This document shows, one piece after another, positions 60,690 to 64,000 of a DNA stretch of 64,000 nucleotides (within the stretch, counting starts at the first letter, position 1; each line of letters begins with the position of its first letter). This stretch comes from Octopus vulgaris (lineage: Eukaryota), in NCBI GenBank assembly GCA_951406725.2, contig OX597842.1:24986001-25050000 (forward strand). The letters run 5' to 3'. The position numbers and the translations under genes are program-made. The notes beneath the pieces are model-generated. The model was given only the letters and a program-made list of their open reading frames with translations. It did no database searches and was not told the DNA's origin.

Positions 60690-62580
60690 ATCAGGACTGA
60701 CCTAGGGCTAAACAACAACATTTTTATCCATAATACTAACTGCTATGCTGTACATTAGATAATGTAGTCCTAGATACACTATGTCTGAATAATAGATGGG
60801 ATGGTCACAGCTGGAATGTCTTTGATCATAGGTCTGCTGGATCAAGACCGACCTGGGGCTAAACAACACCTGTCGTCGCTAATGCTAACTGCTATACTGT
60901 ACATTAGATAATGTAGTCCTAGATACACTATGTCTGAATAATAGATGGGATGGTCACAGCTGGAACGGCTTTGATCGTAGGTCTACTGGATCCTGGATTG
61001 AGCTAGGACTACATAACAACGACAGCCCCTAATACTAACCCCTATACTATACATTAGATAATGTAGTCCCAGATACACCATGCCTGAATAATAGATGGGA
61101 TGGTCACAGCTGGAATGTCTTTGATCATAGGTCTGCTGGATCAAGACTGACCTGGGGCTAAACAACACCTGTCATCGCTAATGCTAACTGCTATACTGTA
61201 CATTAGATAATGTAGTCCTAGATACACTATGCGTGAATATGAGATGGGATGGTCACATATTGGACATCTTTAATCATAGGTCTGCCTGATGAGGATTGAC
61301 CTGGGGCTAAACAACACCAACACCTATAACCACTAATACTAACTTCTGTACTATACATTAGACAATGTAGTCCAAGATACACCATGTCAGAATAAAGTTG
61401 GGATGGTCATAGCTGGAACGTCTTTGATCGTAGGTCTGCTGGATCCTCGACTGAGCTAGGACTACATAACATCCACAGCCACTAACACCAACCACTATAT
61501 TATACATTAGACAATGTAGTCCTAGATACACTATGCCTGAATAAAAGATGGGATGGTCACAGCTGGAATGTCTTTGCTACTGGATCCTAGATTGAGCTAG
61601 GACTACATAACAACGACAGCCCCTAATACTAACCACTATACTATACATTAGATAATGTAGTCCCAGATACACCATGTCTGAATAAAAGTTGGGATGGTCA
61701 CAGCTGGAACGTCTTTTGATCATAGGTCTGCTGGATCCTGGACTGAGCTAGGACTACATAACATCGACAGCCACTAATACCAACTAATATACTATACATT
61801 AGATAATGTAGTCCTAGATACACTAAGCCTGAATAAAAGATGGGATGGTCACAGGTGGAACATTGGATCATAGACTTGTTAAATAACAAGGTAGAAATAG
61901 CAGCCAAATTTCACATAACATACACCTTACTGTTCTAAAAATAAAACAAAAGAAGGATGCATTAATAATGTAGTCAAAAATACACTATGTCTGAATAATA
62001 GATGGGATGGTCACAGCTGGAACGTCTTTGATCATAGGTTTACTGGGTAAGAACTGGTATGAGGTTAAACAACACTTAAAGCCACTAACAATAATTGCTA
62101 TACTGTACTTTGGATAATGTGGTCCAAGATACACTATGTCTGGATAAAAGATGGGATGGTCACTGCTGGAACGTCTTTGATCATTGGTCTGCTGGATCAG
62201 GATTGGCCTAGGGTTAAACAACAACAACTATAGCCACTAATATACTATACATTAGATAAAGTAGTCCTAGATATACTATGCTTGAATACAAGATGGGATG
62301 GTCACAGCTGGAATGTCTTTTGATCATAGGTCTACTGGATCAAGACTGACCTGGGGCTAAACGATAACTGTAACCACTAATACTAAGTACTATACTGTAC
62401 ATTAGATCATGTAGTCCAAGATACACTATGTCTGGATAGAAAATGGGATGGTCACAGTTGGAACGTCTTTGATCATGGGTCTATGGGATCAAGATTGACC
62501 TAGGGCTAAATAACAATAGCCAAAATCACTAATACTAACTACTATACTGTACATTCGATAATGTAGTCCAAGATACACAG
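60690..62580 (+). repeat. Diverged ~150-bp tandem repeat (~12 copies) resembling a SINE 3' tail
   Basis: TACATTAGATAATGTAGTCCTAGATACACTATGTCTGAATAA..GATGGGATGGTCACAGCTGGAA...CTGGGGCTAAACAAC at 60751, 60900, 61050, 61199, ... Confidence 0.88.
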
Positions 62581-62589
62581 GCACTAATG

Positions 62590-63975
62590 CTATCATCACC
62601 ATCACATAAGACCACACAAGCAGCAGTAGTGGTAGTACCACCACCACCACCACTACCATCATCACCACCACTACCACTACTGTCACCATCACCACCACCA
62701 CCACCACCACCACTACCATCACCATGTTACCACCACCATCACCACCACAACTGTCACCATAGCCACTACAGCTACCACCACAATCACCACTACCATCATC
62801 ACCACCACTACTACCACCACCACCACCACCACCACCACCACCACCACTACTACCATCACCATGTTACCACCACCATTGCCACCACCACCACCATCACCAC
62901 CACAACTGTCACCATAGCCACTACAGCTACCACCACCACCACCACTACCATCATCACCACCACTACTACCACCACCACCACCACCACCACCACCACCACC
63001 ACTACTACCATCACCATGTTACCACCACCATTGCCACCACCACCATCACCACCACAACTGTCACCATAGCCACTACAGCTACCACCACAATCACCACTAC
63101 CATCATCACCACCACTACTACCACCACCACCACCACCACCACCACCACCACTACCACCACACCATGTTACCACCACCATTGCCACCACCACCATCACCAC
63201 CACAACTGTCACCATAGCCACTACAGCTACCACCACAATCACCACTACCATCATCACCACCACTACTACCACCACCACCACCACCACCACCACCACCACT
63301 ACCATCACCATGTTACCACCACCATTGCCACCACCACCACCATCACCACCACAACTGTCACCATAGCCACTACAGCTACCACCACAATCACCACTACCAT
63401 CATCACCACCACTACTACCACCACCACCACCACCACCACCACCACTACTACCATCACCATGTTACCACCACCACCGCCACCACCACCATCACCACCACAA
63501 CTGTCACCATAGCCACTGCAGCCACCACCGCCACCACCACCACCACCACCACCACCACCACTACTACCACCACCACCAACACCACCACTACTACCACCAC
63601 CACCACCACTACCACTACTACCACCACCACCATCACCATCACCACTACCACCACCGCCACCACCACCATCACCACTACAACTGTCACCATAGCCACTGCA
63701 GCCACCACCACCACCACCACCACAATCACCACCACCATCCTCACCACCACCACCATTTCTACCACCACCACCACTGTCACCACAGCCACTACAGCCACTG
63801 CCAAAATCACCGCTACCGCCATCACCAACACCATCACCACCACAACCTCCACCAAAGGCAGTAGCACCACCACCATCCTCACCCCCCACCACTACTACGA
63901 CCACAACCACTGTCACCACAGTCACTACAGCAACTGCCACAATAACCACTACCACCACCACCACCACCACCTTCA
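62590..63975. repeat. (CAC)n-based compound microsatellite with a ~140-bp higher-order unit
   Basis: The marker CACAACTGTCACCATAGCCACTACAGC recurs roughly every 140-160 bp. Confidence 0.9.
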
Positions 63976-64000
63976 TTAAAACCTGTTCTACCAGCCATGC

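Overview
Eukaryotic, repeat-rich animal DNA. The SINE repertoire, abundant (TA)n/(CATA)n tracts and the style of C2H2 gene suggest an octopod cephalopod (Octopus sp.); this is inference, no search was run. There are two protein-coding genes on the + strand. The first is the 3' half of a KAT6A/KAT6B (MOZ/MORF) histone acetyltransferase: four frame-consistent internal exons (12631-18239) and a 3.6-kb terminal exon (20736-24331) with one frame break near 22610. The second is a single-coding-exon array of about 26 C2H2 zinc fingers (42006-44369) with a likely ETS-motif promoter and non-coding first exon. The rest is transposon-derived: tRNA-derived SINEs, non-autonomous Helitrons, TTAA-, TA- and GGATC-type MITEs, Tc1 and mariner relics, RTE/CR1 LINE fragments and microsatellites. 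Two observations stand out. (a) Five unrelated, mostly (TA)n-embedded Penelope-like remnants each carry a minimal hammerhead-ribozyme-like fold with a palindromic helix III, and their cores covary at the catalytic 3:8 pair (C:G, G:C, U:A); several lie inside long near-perfect DNA palindromes. (b) A 5.4-kb, ~52-copy 104-bp satellite is a piece of an RTE LINE ORF, has a ~2.07-kb higher-order period, is bracketed by ~230-bp inverted repeats and lies 1 kb downstream of the ZNF gene.
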